Below are positions 32,301-42,135 of a stretch of 64,000 nucleotides of DNA, piece after piece. Below the pieces are notes generated by a model. That model was not told where the DNA came from. It searched no databases and saw only the letters and a list, made by a program, of their open reading frames with translations. This stretch comes from Paramoeba atlantica (taxonomy: Eukaryota; Protista; Discosea): assembly GCA_977017575.1 (NCBI GenBank), contig CDRNVI010000066.1:186001-250000 (forward strand). The letters are read 5' to 3'. Made by a program: the position numbers and the translations under genes. Every line of letters begins with the position of its first letter. The stretch's first letter is position 1.

Positions 32301-35300
32301 GTTTGAATATGCGAGATATTAGTCCAATTTAACTGCGGAAGAAAACGATCAGGAAATATCGCGGAATCTTTCAGTAATTCACTTGCAGATGTTTCAGCAC
32401 TAATTTGTTCATCCCTCACTTCCTTTTCCAGTGCTAGCATCGACGAAGCTTTCGTGTGCTCCCCATTTTCATACAGACAAAAAACACCGTTCCCCGCTAT
32501 CCTGATACTCAGGAACAATCCCAGCATCATTTGAGACAGATGAATGAGGCATTGACCTTGGGCCGCACAGGACACTTGATGGTAGAAAATTTCAACAAGA
32601 AACTGTGCCTCTAAAGGGACCAATTTCGGACCGATGGTGTGATCGTTATGATAAATATCCGAAAAAGGAAGCGGTGCAGCGCATAAATGGCCAGATAGTA
32701 TTTGTGTTGCGTAGTTTATGCACCACAACCGAGGCGGTATTCGAAAATAGAGCTTTGATATAATGAGCTTTAATATAGAAACCTCTGAATCATGCACGCT
32801 TTTTACTATGCCATCCTGTGGCGGGATTTTACTTGGGATACGCTCTTTTCTCGTCCAATCGTGCCCCACAATGACATCCACATTTGCAAGGATTCCTTGA
32901 AGTAAGTCAATTTGTAGAGCGCTTTCCAATAAATCTTCTATATTATAGCAGAAGTACTCAAAATCAGACTGTCCAATCGCGCCAAGCTGATGAAGAAGAC
33001 AAGAATTACGTGTCATGTGCATAGTAAAGTTTTCTCCTGAATAATTGTTGTTGAGCCAAAACGCTATAGGGAGAATAGACTTGAGAAAACCAGACGTTTC
33101 ATTCTCGGCTGGTGTGAGGCCTTTTTCAGGAAATTGATAAATCCACAATCCAAGGCGAAAGCTGTGTGATACCCAAACAAAACACACACGTCGTAAGTAT
33201 GCGTCTTTCAGCGAATCCTCTTTTTGACGTCTCTCAGGTAATTGACTCAAAGCGCTCCAATACGAGGAAAATCGTTTCCTTGCTCCACTAACACAAGAGC
33301 CCTTTTCTTTGAAAGAACACCAACAATCTTGTAACTGATCTTTAATAAGGCTAGTAGCACGCTTTTGCATTGATATGCTATCGATTTGAATGAAGGGCTG
33401 TTGTATTACTGAAGATGTGTATCCACTGATTTTACTTAAAATACCGGATGGCAAGAGTGACAAATGCAGTTCGGCTTTGGAAAAAGGCGCCGAAAACATA
33501 GGTCGGATATGGGGATTACATCCTGTGGAGTAAGTGCTTGTCAGATGCCCTTGATGATTGTCCACTAAATGACAGTCAGGAACCGGACTTCTTTTGCAGT
33601 CGTTCTTTTGCATCATTTGAAGACTTAGGCAATGTACTAGATACCGTTTTAGAGACAGGTCCGTCTGAAATCGTGCCACCCATGCGTTCCAGGTATCGCA
33701 AAGTTTGCTATACTTACCAATCGTAATGTCCGAAGGCATCGTGCAAGGTGCAGCTGCGTTTGCATATTCTGTAGGTAGCGGAAGCAATTGACACTCGGTA
33801 GCAGATAGCGTGTAAACTAATTTGCCAAACTTTTTCTGACCGTGGACTACAAAAAAATCCAGTACACTACTTTTGGGTTGCTTTTCCTTTAAAAAGAGAT
33901 TGCGTATGGTCGTTTCAGTCGCACTGTCTGCAGCCAAGAGGAGTAAAACTGGGTAGTTTGAAGTCTCAATTAGAAGTCGTTGTAATGCATGGTGACTTCG
34001 CATGACGATGTGTGAATATGATTTTGCCGTCCGGGTGTTGAAGAACTCGATTTTATAAACACTCCGAGAAGTGCTAAAACGTGCACGTAGCAAAATAGTT
34101 TCCTGAAGTTCAAGATAAAACGCAGCAATATCAGGAAACGTTTCCTCTTCATCACGGCTTTTCGCGTGTCCATCGGAAGTATCTCCTAAATCGAGGTTGT
34201 CGCTTACGAAAGTGCTCTGACTGAAAGGAAGCCTTTCTGTCACATGTAGATGAGCAGTATATTGGATGAGTAGCCTACATGCCTGCGAAGTTTCTCGAAT
34301 AGAGTGATCGAAATTTAATGGACGTGGGTCAGAAACTGGAGTAAGTCGTAAATGTGAATAATCAATCATGTCCTCAGAGATTTGTGACGGAGCCAAATAT
34401 CTCTGCTTGTCAGGGGATTGCATTCTTCGAGATGCTTGCAGTCCTGCAGCAAGCTTCGAGGTATCGCATAGAACACCGTCTTTGTAAGATTCCCCATCAT
34501 GGGCACTCGAGGTACAACACTGCGTTGAAGCAACATGTTGCAAGGATCGGACCCGTGAGTGATGGACGTGGTAGGCTTGCAAGATAATCGGCAATGGGGG
34601 CAAAAAGGTACAGAAAGGTTTTTGTGTTTCAGTTGAGTGCCGGGAAGACTGCAGGAGGTTGCGATTTTGTTCAATATTACAAGTACTTAAGATACTAAGG
34701 AAATACTGCGCTGGGGTTTGTGAGATTGGAACACTGCGTGCTGACACGCGTCTAGTTGCGAGGAGAGCACACAACCACGAACCAGTCTTTTCATCTCGAA
34801 AAATAGCCCCCCCTGCGTCAGCATAGAGGTCACATCTAAACAAAGCGGAACTTGGTTCATGTTCGTCCCACTCCGAAACAAATCTCTCTAAGCCAACATC
34901 ACTGCATGCCACTTTTCCGGCCTGAGATTTGAAATTCGACGCAAGGGCTAACGTTAGATTGCCACAAGGGATTAAAGAATAATGAAATCTTTGTGATTTA
35001 GTGTGTTGAATGGCGCTGCCCCGTACTGAGAGTGGTTGATGAAATTTCTGTGCAAAATTGAAAAATGATTGAAGGTGATAGGCGTGTGAATATTTTCGTG
35101 ACAAGCTATGAATTGAGCGTGCGTTCACACCCGTAAAGTTGAATATAGAATTTGAAATACACGTTGTAAGTGCAATAAGGATGATGTGACGCTGTTCTGT
35201 CCAAAAGCATCCATGTGTGCTGTGTGATAAATCGCTTGTTTCCGCAATAGCGTCACGACTTCTACCAATGTCATGTAGGCAACCTGAAAAGTGGCACATT

Positions 35301-35326
35301 ACGTGAGCGGCCTTTAACCACGACAT
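29324..35326 (-). CDS. Large hypothetical protein, 2000 aa
   Basis: 6-kb uninterrupted ORF on the same strand as its neighbours; no motif recognised with confidence. Confidence 0.85.
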   Translation of the reverse strand: MSWLKAAHVMCHFSGCLHDIGRSRDAIAETSDLSHSTHGCFWTEQRHIILIALTTCISNSIFNFTGVNARSIHSLSRKYSHAYHLQSFFNFAQKFHQPLSVRGSAIQHTKSQRFHYSLIPCGNLTLALASNFKSQAGKVACSDVGLERFVSEWDEHEPSSALFRCDLYADAGGAIFRDEKTGSWLCALLATRRVSARSVPISQTPAQYFLSILSTCNIEQNRNLLQSSRHSTETQKPFCTFLPPLPIILQAYHVHHSRVRSLQHVASTQCCTSSAHDGESYKDGVLCDTSKLAAGLQASRRMQSPDKQRYLAPSQISEDMIDYSHLRLTPVSDPRPLNFDHSIRETSQACRLLIQYTAHLHVTERLPFSQSTFVSDNLDLGDTSDGHAKSRDEEETFPDIAAFYLELQETILLRARFSTSRSVYKIEFFNTRTAKSYSHIVMRSHHALQRLLIETSNYPVLLLLAADSATETTIRNLFLKEKQPKSSVLDFFVVHGQKKFGKLVYTLSATECQLLPLPTEYANAAAPCTMPSDITIGKYSKLCDTWNAWVARFQTDLSLKRYLVHCLSLQMMQKNDCKRSPVPDCHLVDNHQGHLTSTYSTGCNPHIRPMFSAPFSKAELHLSLLPSGILSKISGYTSSVIQQPFIQIDSISMQKRATSLIKDQLQDCWCSFKEKGSCVSGARKRFSSYWSALSQLPERRQKEDSLKDAYLRRVCFVWVSHSFRLGLWIYQFPEKGLTPAENETSGFLKSILPIAFWLNNNYSGENFTMHMTRNSCLLHQLGAIGQSDFEYFCYNIEDLLESALQIDLLQGILANVDVIVGHDWTRKERIPSKIPPQDGIVKSVHDSEVSILKLIISKLYFRIPPRLWCINYATQILSGHLCAAPLPFSDIYHNDHTIGPKLVPLEAQFLVEIFYHQVSCAAQGQCLIHLSQMMLGLFLSIRIAGNGVFCLYENGEHTKASSMLALEKEVRDEQISAETSASELLKDSAIFPDRFLPQLNWTNISHIQTVLLGGDLVLQDTSLCTEKAAKPITEYIKEMPQEEQVFEKRSSESLVAQQALDMVMHSLTLAVCLGCLDLKNIMHSRSGEIPIVPKTTLMPIRVKNPRIRLNKSFWREYFQSYANTRSISAPENFPIPSGSLFEKMIKRREFEYALARKLLYDSALSKCSSGRSCNSADDTKLNEIMDSPTILTRFPYEILIMVSNADSSVLISLSEHLPARNTEERIVLFNVATKTFCNCESENSIKKFFRASNTSSTQNDTPDSRNMEVADKQIILPRSALSQKNVQDILHLSPSKNIDSISSKLPPTAVILSFFPCLAETLFFDRFPQLRNSLSPHLLFANLRHFVQSRSFAATLGGTHSFALSPPYKYSDATDCVENTESAISVANAKCSTNHDTPRTYKSLQDEAVHIWNFLSSHPPHLMRHDIWEALRTGFDVKECHKVNTSWLFNTDRVASLRTLSIFVELGIHVFLGFRKVLVLSPNSAVNRESKGGNNTIAGTPTRQIHEGQKLENEALKESKENLVGKLPFYVESVESDPIISDRSAGRNDTSCIKEGAQTSGTQINNAPKNGCVTVSKGYLTQLLKSIGKNRLNFPKITKSNLNNDLAVFNSCLELESEGLLLAHYLVHIFRYAGTAKRLSIVKSCCVSQSDEFALIAGRNLVRGNVKWLSVDFRCGKPQEGGPLSCSSHHLSAYEKDPIRKIFAPRPKSNVEHLDVGLQKTPTGLLAELRIDFESFRKMALRIMYYTTCVILLRTRHNAGLVTCPVSLRIWKETMDSLNCSEELTRQVYLFRAHLQQSRDPETRAHGTLYVGEVAIPPSGQRFRFHEEIYQESRQDCESEDYDNERKSERTPFIYFHRPQYLDACLKGFQNEMFLMLMTRIHSQIQKLANLSKSTCLSNIRMIYASQFESVHQGTVRSPIMWFDTSSKDELKSLVGIIKEAVNYLEHYGEWLDEVYGIDPSALFDESQPEAFRPSATFKNGVGWKLSYGENLYDTILWTD

Positions 35327-35705
35327 TTTTAATCTATGAATTCAACACCCGTGTGATGGCTCGTTGCACGTTTCTATTCCTTGCTTAGAATTGCTTGGAC
35401 ATTAATAATCTCAAGTAGAACAAGGTAAAAATTCTCGCAATCACATAATAATGTAATACATTTTAGCGCATACGCGAATTCATTCGTCATACTAAAGGAG
35501 TTGTATGCACAGTGTTTTGTATGTAGACGCTGTGAATTTCTTTACGACGTTTCATGATCCTTTTTAATACATATCGCTTGCATTTGAATCTCAATGAAAT
35601 GGTGTTCAATAGAAGATCAGCAAGAAAAAAAAGACAGTGTCCAAGAAGTAAGGTTAACTGACAAATCCAATCTATGCAGAACGACGATGCACCATTAAAA
35701 CAGTT

Positions 35706-35879
35706 CTACCTTTGAGATGTACTTTCCCGCCGTTGAGCTGCCTCTCGAAATCGAGGAGCAACGATAAACCGATTGACGGAAAATAGCACCAACATTAAGG
35801 CATAGGTTCCAAATATCATTTTCGCTGCCGTGGGTCTAGCCTTGAAGGGGTTATACATAGCCTTAAACGGGTTGTACAT
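35706..35879 (-). CDS. 57-aa single-TM microprotein
   Basis: MYNPFKAMYNPFKARPTAAKMIFGTYALMLVLFSVNRFIVAPRFRE...; the two 21-nt units differ only at three synonymous sites; located on the gene strand. Confidence 0.65.
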   Translation of the reverse strand: MYNPFKAMYNPFKARPTAAKMIFGTYALMLVLFSVNRFIVAPRFREAAQRRESTSQR

Positions 35880-36120
35880 TGCACAAATAGTGTTATGTAG
35901 ATTGATGAAACTAAAATTCGAAATGCACACGAAATACCACGTAAGTAGTGCTGGTACTATGGTAGTAAGTGGTAGTACGTGATAGAAAATGATATATTTT
36001 GGTATAGTGTCACTGTGGTAGGTGGATCATAAGAAACTGTACTGCCTCCAAGAGACAAGCTTTGGAAATTCCACTTGTAATTTATTAGTTGTCACTTATT
36101 AGTTGTCATTTTACAAAGAT

Positions 36121-38859
36121 TTATGTGCCACGGGTAGAAAATTTCTGCTTTTCTACTTCGACTGGAAGTTGGATCTCAGAAGATATTCCTTTGCTTATTC
36201 GAATTTTACTGAGGAGTTTTCGAATAATGTCATCATTGGAATCAGACAGAAAAGAACCCCTCTCTGGGGATGTACACTGTTCGGCGTTATTAACAATCTT
36301 CCACCCAGCAGTGGAAAAAGAACAAGTTGCTTTCCCACTTGTGCACTCGCGCAGGGACTGCACCAAACCGATGCTTTCAACAATAGGAATACGACACTGC
36401 ATTATGAACCTTTGAGAAAAAGTACTTTCCCCGTAAAATACTTCCACATCTGTTATACAGCCTCGACGCTGTTTGATGAGTGAAGTGATGGCTCCCTGGA
36501 TGCCCTCGCCAAACCATCTGATCTCACATTTGTAAACAGGCTCTACGAGACTACTTGCTCCTTGTGCGATAGCAGACTCACATGCACGACGCATTGCAGT
36601 TCCAATATTAGATCCTGTAAGCAACTCATATAATTTATTCTCATGTCCAAGGTACTGATCCGGCACAGTAAGGTCGGAAACAATTGTCGCAATGCCGGTC
36701 AAGGGTTCTCCGCAAAGTCGTCCGGAGGACATAGCAAGATTAAAGCCAGAGCAAAAGGAGCCGACAGTGCCTGTTCTCGTTAGTACCTCAGAGACAGTAG
36801 GGCTGATGAAAAGCGCGTTTGAAAAATGGCTTTGTGGCGGTCCCAGCCAAGTAAGATTGGAAATGGCCTCTGTCCAGAATCTGAGCTCTCGTTTTTTCAT
36901 TCCTTGTTCGTCTTCCAAACTCTTTTTCAGCTTCTCCTTCAAAGGTTCTAGAATATCGGAGCTGACATAGTCATATTGCTTGACGTAGTCTTCCATAGTT
37001 CGTGACGGAATGCATGGCATAGGTATGGCAAGGAGACTGATCGTTATGCCTTCCACCAAAACACACGTCACCTCTTCAGACAAATAAGTGACGCTTCCTT
37101 TGGTCAAAGTCTCTCTAAAGGAAACAGTGGGTTCTTCAATGTTTAACTCTATCTCTTTAGTGAGAGATAAAAGGTCCGTCACGCATCTTTCGTTGTGCAC
37201 CTCACCGGCGGTACTCATGATGTATTCGCCTGAGTCACGGACATGAATATCCAATTGAAGGTCCATACGATTTAGTTTATGCAACGCAGACGATAGTGTG
37301 TTAATATCCTTCACAGATTTGGCTCGAATGACCGTCTGCATGACACTCTCTACTGGTCGAGCAATGCTACGCATGGAAGGGAATGACGGCTCCGAGCATA
37401 GCGTAGCACATTTACAAAGGCGTGAAACAATTGGTCCACCGATTGCGCAAATAGAACCCGCCGAGACCGACTCTACATCGTGCAGGCTCCCCCCACAGAA
37501 AAAAGCAACCCGGGAAACTAAGTTAGAATCTGATTCAGTATTGTCGGAACTTGCTTGTTTTTCATCTGAATGAAAATACAGTCGTTGGTCTTTGCGTATT
37601 GCCCCACAAAAAACTCGGGTTAGGCCAAATAGGACTGCCTCATTTTCTTCTTGAATCTCTACTAATTTTACAACGTAGGCAAAGGTTGGAGACAACGATG
37701 AGTCGTCACATCTTCCAATGTGTCTCAAAATGTCTTTTGAAGAGCTTCCTTGATGAGCTTCCGAAAAGCGCGCACTTTCATCAGATGCTAAATCCTTTGA
37801 AAACGTGCACGATGGAAAAAGTCGTTCTAATCTATGTCTTTGGGAATGTATAGGACTTGGCAATTGCATCTTAACGGCCTCCAGTAAACAACGAGCCAAT
37901 GGCAGCCATGAATACATGATATGCTTCGTCAACTCATCCTTGTCTTTTTTAAAAATAAGCGAGGTGCTCGGGTCGACCGCTTTTATAGAAAACAAGAGAT
38001 CCGTCAGAGCCTTCTCGTTGAAGGGTGTGGAAAACGTACAGTCAAACATTCTCCACATTGTACTAATTATAAGACGATCAAAAAGAGATCTACGCCCCGG
38101 ATCGGTTGGAACGATTGTTTGCTTGTTCTTATCGATCGTGTACGGCCCCCATAGCCCTTTGAGTAGTTTCTCTGCTTTCCATCCAAATTTGGATTCGTAC
38201 TGCGTTGCAAAATCATGAAGAGAGAACCCGAATCCCCATAGTCCACTAGTAAAAACAACGTTACCTTTGATTGGGCAGAACCATTCTTCGGAGGTTGCAT
38301 TGTCTTGAATATCTGTCGATCTTACTTGAGGTAGCGCATCAAACGTTGCAGCTTCCTCCGACAGTGTGTCCATAAACGTATTCGCATTCGCCACAATCGT
38401 GCACAGATGGGACTCTGCTTCAGTCGGGGATAATTGTAATGAACTGTAGAGTAAGTCAATTTTATTTAACACGAGGCAGAGAGAAATGTTTTCCTCGAAT
38501 GCATGCCGGAGCACACTTTGTGTCTGCGACGTAATTCCATCAATCACGTCAACGACCACCAGAGCCCCGTCACAGAGTCGAAGAGCAATGCTAACCTCCA
38601 CACCAAACTCAACATGCCCAGGAGAGTCAACCAGATTATACATGCCATCTTGAAAGGAAAGAGCAAGAGAGGATGTCTTTACCGTAATCAGTTTTTCTTG
38701 TTCATCCTCGCGGACATCAAGGTATCGTACCTTACCCGCCATGGCGGGGGAGACAATGTCGCAGTGCGCTGCAAGGTAGTCACATAAGGTTGTCTTTCCG
38801 TGATCCACATGGGCTAACATGCAAAAATTGCGCACGCAATTCGGCGATACTGCCTCCAT
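36121..38859 (-). CDS. EFL1: Elongation factor-like GTPase EFL1/Ria1 (60S maturation)
   Basis: AHVDHGKTT, DSPGH and NKID G-motifs, EF-2-like domains (GRLCGEPL). Far more divergent than a true EF-2 would be. Confidence 0.8.
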   Translation of the reverse strand: MEAVSPNCVRNFCMLAHVDHGKTTLCDYLAAHCDIVSPAMAGKVRYLDVREDEQEKLITVKTSSLALSFQDGMYNLVDSPGHVEFGVEVSIALRLCDGALVVVDVIDGITSQTQSVLRHAFEENISLCLVLNKIDLLYSSLQLSPTEAESHLCTIVANANTFMDTLSEEAATFDALPQVRSTDIQDNATSEEWFCPIKGNVVFTSGLWGFGFSLHDFATQYESKFGWKAEKLLKGLWGPYTIDKNKQTIVPTDPGRRSLFDRLIISTMWRMFDCTFSTPFNEKALTDLLFSIKAVDPSTSLIFKKDKDELTKHIMYSWLPLARCLLEAVKMQLPSPIHSQRHRLERLFPSCTFSKDLASDESARFSEAHQGSSSKDILRHIGRCDDSSLSPTFAYVVKLVEIQEENEAVLFGLTRVFCGAIRKDQRLYFHSDEKQASSDNTESDSNLVSRVAFFCGGSLHDVESVSAGSICAIGGPIVSRLCKCATLCSEPSFPSMRSIARPVESVMQTVIRAKSVKDINTLSSALHKLNRMDLQLDIHVRDSGEYIMSTAGEVHNERCVTDLLSLTKEIELNIEEPTVSFRETLTKGSVTYLSEEVTCVLVEGITISLLAIPMPCIPSRTMEDYVKQYDYVSSDILEPLKEKLKKSLEDEQGMKKRELRFWTEAISNLTWLGPPQSHFSNALFISPTVSEVLTRTGTVGSFCSGFNLAMSSGRLCGEPLTGIATIVSDLTVPDQYLGHENKLYELLTGSNIGTAMRRACESAIAQGASSLVEPVYKCEIRWFGEGIQGAITSLIKQRRGCITDVEVFYGESTFSQRFIMQCRIPIVESIGLVQSLRECTSGKATCSFSTAGWKIVNNAEQCTSPERGSFLSDSNDDIIRKLLSKIRISKGISSEIQLPVEVEKQKFSTRGT

Positions 38860-39143
38860 GTGTTCGAATTTTCGGGATCTGCTTTTGTGGAGTCGCGTCC
38901 TACGTTCCTATAAGGATTACATTACGCTTTTGTCAAAGCAACCATATTGAAAGCGTATCCTTCAAACGAGAAACTGTACTGTAAATAATGTTAAATTTGT
39001 GCAAGAGTCACGTATTGTATCAGTGTTCTATGAATTTGTATGCAGCTTTGCTTGTTGTAATTCCTACAGTTTAATTTATTATTAAGATTTTTTTCATCCC
39101 GATGTCCTTTCCCCTCTACCTCTCTATCCCATCACCTAAAAAA

Positions 39144-40145
39144 CTACGACACACGGGTGGACGCGGTGTGTGTATTCTTCCATTCCGTGTAGTAATCATA
39201 CATGTCAAGCGCTAGCACACACGAATCCCGCACGAGCGCACACTTCTCATGTTTCGGGTTCGCAAAATACTTAATCGTATCCCAGCACGAGGCTGTGGCG
39301 ACGGCTCCCAGTGCCTCCGCAGCCTCATGCCGCACCATCGGGTGTTCCCCACAACGACGAAGCACCGTTTTTAACACCTCCGCACTCCCAGGACTTTGCA
39401 TTTGTCCCAGAACAAACGCAATCTCATGCCGTAACAACGCAGAGGAGGTATCCGTCTTCAACACCTGAGCAAGCCCCTCGACATCATTCTCCTCACGAAG
39501 ACGAAACATGGCGCGGTAGCGTTCATACAACGAGGGGATTTCCTCCCCTTCCCTCCCTGGCCTCCCCGCCAACACCTCCCGATTCCACTCCACATTTCTA
39601 TTCGTATGCGGGGGTGCGGGATCAATACTCGTGTACGCACTCTCCCCCTCCCCCACACCCCGTGCGCACCTCCCCTCCCGTACCTCCTCCATACGTCGCA
39701 GGGCGAGCTCACACGTCTGGAGTAACTCCACGGGAACTTTCATCACCCCCATCTCATCCAACTCCGCCGCGGCGTCGGGGCCCAGATCCTGTCGCACGGC
39801 ATAGACCGCTTTCACGTTCTCCAGCATCCGCGTGCCCTCCGCGGAGGCAATCGCCCCGAGAGCCTCCGCGGCCTCGTGGCGGGTGACGACATCGAGCGCG
39901 GAGTCGGCGACTATATCGGAAAGGAACGCGACGTCGTCGGGGGTGCCGATTTGCCCCAACACGTACATGAGCTCGTGCTGGAGGAGTACGCCCTGGGAGG
40001 GGGTGTAGGCGTCGCGGAGGGTGCGGCGGAGGGCGGGGAGGGGGAGGGGGTGGTCGGGTTCACGCAGGTGGTGGAGGGCGCGGATACGGCGGGGAAGGGG
40101 TTGGGAGGGGTCGCAGAGGGTGTCGCCGTCGGGGTGGGTGGGCAT
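39144..40145 (-). CDS. DOHH: Deoxyhypusine hydroxylase
   Basis: Four HE motifs in HEAT-like repeats: LQHELMYVLGQ, TRHEAAEALGA, LRHEIAFVLGQ, VRHEAAEALGA. Confidence 0.95.
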   Translation of the reverse strand: MPTHPDGDTLCDPSQPLPRRIRALHHLREPDHPLPLPALRRTLRDAYTPSQGVLLQHELMYVLGQIGTPDDVAFLSDIVADSALDVVTRHEAAEALGAIASAEGTRMLENVKAVYAVRQDLGPDAAAELDEMGVMKVPVELLQTCELALRRMEEVREGRCARGVGEGESAYTSIDPAPPHTNRNVEWNREVLAGRPGREGEEIPSLYERYRAMFRLREENDVEGLAQVLKTDTSSALLRHEIAFVLGQMQSPGSAEVLKTVLRRCGEHPMVRHEAAEALGAVATASCWDTIKYFANPKHEKCALVRDSCVLALDMYDYYTEWKNTHTASTRVS

Positions 40146-40294
40146 GGAGGGTGGGGAGTAGAAATAATGTTTTTTTTGTTTTCTGATTTTAATAAAGGGG
40201 GGGTACGTCTAGGGTTGGCAATCATCTATTGTCGGTAAACGAATAAAAACATCTATTGTTGGCAATCGGCTATTGTGGACTGGGCCATCAAGTA

Positions 40295-41019
40295 CTGTAA
40301 CCCCCCTACTTAATTGTCACCCGTCTACCCCCCCTACTTAATTGTCCTTTTTGACAGAGCCTTGGGCACGAGGCACCGCGAAGCGACGCCGATTTTTTCT
40401 GTTCATTTTTTCATTTTCTAGTGTAATGTGATATACGTCCTACGGGCACCGTATTACATCTTGTTACACAATATTTGACTCATTTTTTACTCTTTTGCAC
40501 TGATGGTTCTCCGAGGTAGGAACCGATTGGTATGATGGCTAAGCCGTCCAGCCAATCCCTTTCATCTCTTCCCCTACCGGAAAATGGTAACCTTTCAGTT
40601 GACTTCCATTCATCTTTCTCTCTTCCGGAAAACGTTAATGCTCCCGGTGATTACCCTTCATCTCCCCCCTTCCTGGAAATGGCAACTCTCCCTCAGAGCC
40701 CCATTCATCGGACAAGGGAACTACCTTCAATGAACAACGGGTTACTGGTCCTCTGGGGCGTTGAGTGAGAATACGGCCTCCTGTCTCTCGGGTAGGGCCT
40801 CTAGAAAATCCTCTAGTGGGACCCATCGCGAATTTTTTAGTGTCTCCATTGGACCTACGCTTACACAAGAACAATAATAGCAGATAGTAGCATAGAGTGA
40901 AACATGCGGCGCGAAGCGTGGCTAATTTTTTTCTCCCTACTTTCTTCAAATTTTGCACCCCCCCTATTTAATTGTCCTTTTTCCCGAAAAGCGGAGACAA
41001 TTAAGGAGGGGGGGTACAG
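40295..41019. mobile_element. MITE-like element, 725 bp, TA TSD, CTGTA-type ends
   Basis: Left TA|CTGTAACCCCCCTACTTAATTGTC; right (rc) TA|CTGTACCCCCCCTCCTTAATTGTC. Extra CCCCCTA(C/T)TTAATTGTC copies near 40329 and 40960. Same family as 61388-62666, in the opposite orientation. Confidence 0.8.
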
Positions 41020-41619
41020 TACATGAAACGACAAGTGTCCAATCTAAGAGGGTTGAAACCTATGAAAAGCAAAACCTGGCAAAACCCGCATATTCCTCAT
41101 TGACGTGGCAAAGAAAAGTACTTTGTCAAAAAAATAGTGAAGAACATACATGGTCTCCATCGTGCGCTGCAAAACATTTTCGCGCCACAAAAAATGAAAA
41201 TTTTGAAAAAAACCATTTTTCGAAATAAACCCCCAGAAAGGGTATCGGGGGTCTTGGCACACATTTTCCACCCCCGTACTCGGGGACGACTCCCCCTGGT
41301 ATCAACAGGACGGGGCCGCCAAGTTCGGTTTTTTCTGAAAAGAAATTGGAAAAAAGGCCAACTTGGCGAAAAACATGGCTTGAAAAATAGTTTCATAAAA
41401 TCGTTTCACTATAGTAGTTTGAGAGTTTGGGACCTATACTAGTTTTCTACGCCGTTGTTTTCACAAGATACCCCTTCTTGAAGCCGTGACACGGCTCTAA
41501 AAATGACGCCCCATAAAATAGGTGTCCTGGCAAAACCAGGCAAAACTTGGCAAAACCCGGCAAGACTTAACAGGTTTCACCCCTCTAAATAAAGGAATGC
41601 TACACGACAGTACTGACCT

Positions 41620-41810
41620 GCAACGCCCTTCTGTTGCGCTTGGACAATTAAAAGGGAGGTGCCAGAAGGTGCAACCAAACCATTGGCGAAAATATCAAAA
41701 GTTCATTTCAGAGAAAGCGGTCTTGTTTACAGATGCATCTCTTGATGGTTGGGGCGCAGTTCTGTTTTTGGACAATGGAGCCGTGTGCGTATATTGTATC
41801 ATACAGGTAA
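41620..41810 (+). pseudogene. RNase H fragment of a tyrosine-recombinase retroelement (DIRS/VIPER/TATE-like)
   Basis: VLFTDASLDGWGAVLFLDNG matches the TDAS..GWG RNase H motif of DIRS-type pol; truncated. Confidence 0.55.
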
Positions 41811-41976
41811 GCCTGCAGAGATTTATAAGGTGAAGACGCGCACAAAACGCGTTTTTGTCACGTATCGACTCCCCAGGGGTGATCTTGCAGAAAGCGGAAA
41901 AGTGTTATTGCGCATGAGGCTTGGCCAAGGGGTTGCGACAAGGCAACTAGCCCGCGAGTTTAATGTCATTGTGAAT

Positions 41977-42135
41977 GGGAGGGGGAGAGGGCAGTCGGGA
42001 TCACGCAGGTGGTGGAGGGCGCGGATACGGCGGGGAAGGGGTTGGGAGGGGTCGCAGAGGGTGTCGCCGTCGGGGTGGGTGGGCATGGAGTGTGGGGGGT
42101 AGGAAATAATGTTTTTTTTCGTTTTATTATTTTAA
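41977..42135 (-). pseudogene. Partial duplicate of the DOHH 5' end (first ~37 codons plus upstream sequence)
   Basis: Aligns to 40036-40197 at offset 1941; 42002-42089 is identical to 40061-40148. Confidence 0.9.

Noticed and set aside
36121-38859. Calling the GTPase EF-2
   Set aside because: It lacks the high conservation and N-terminus of EF-2; EFL1 fits better.
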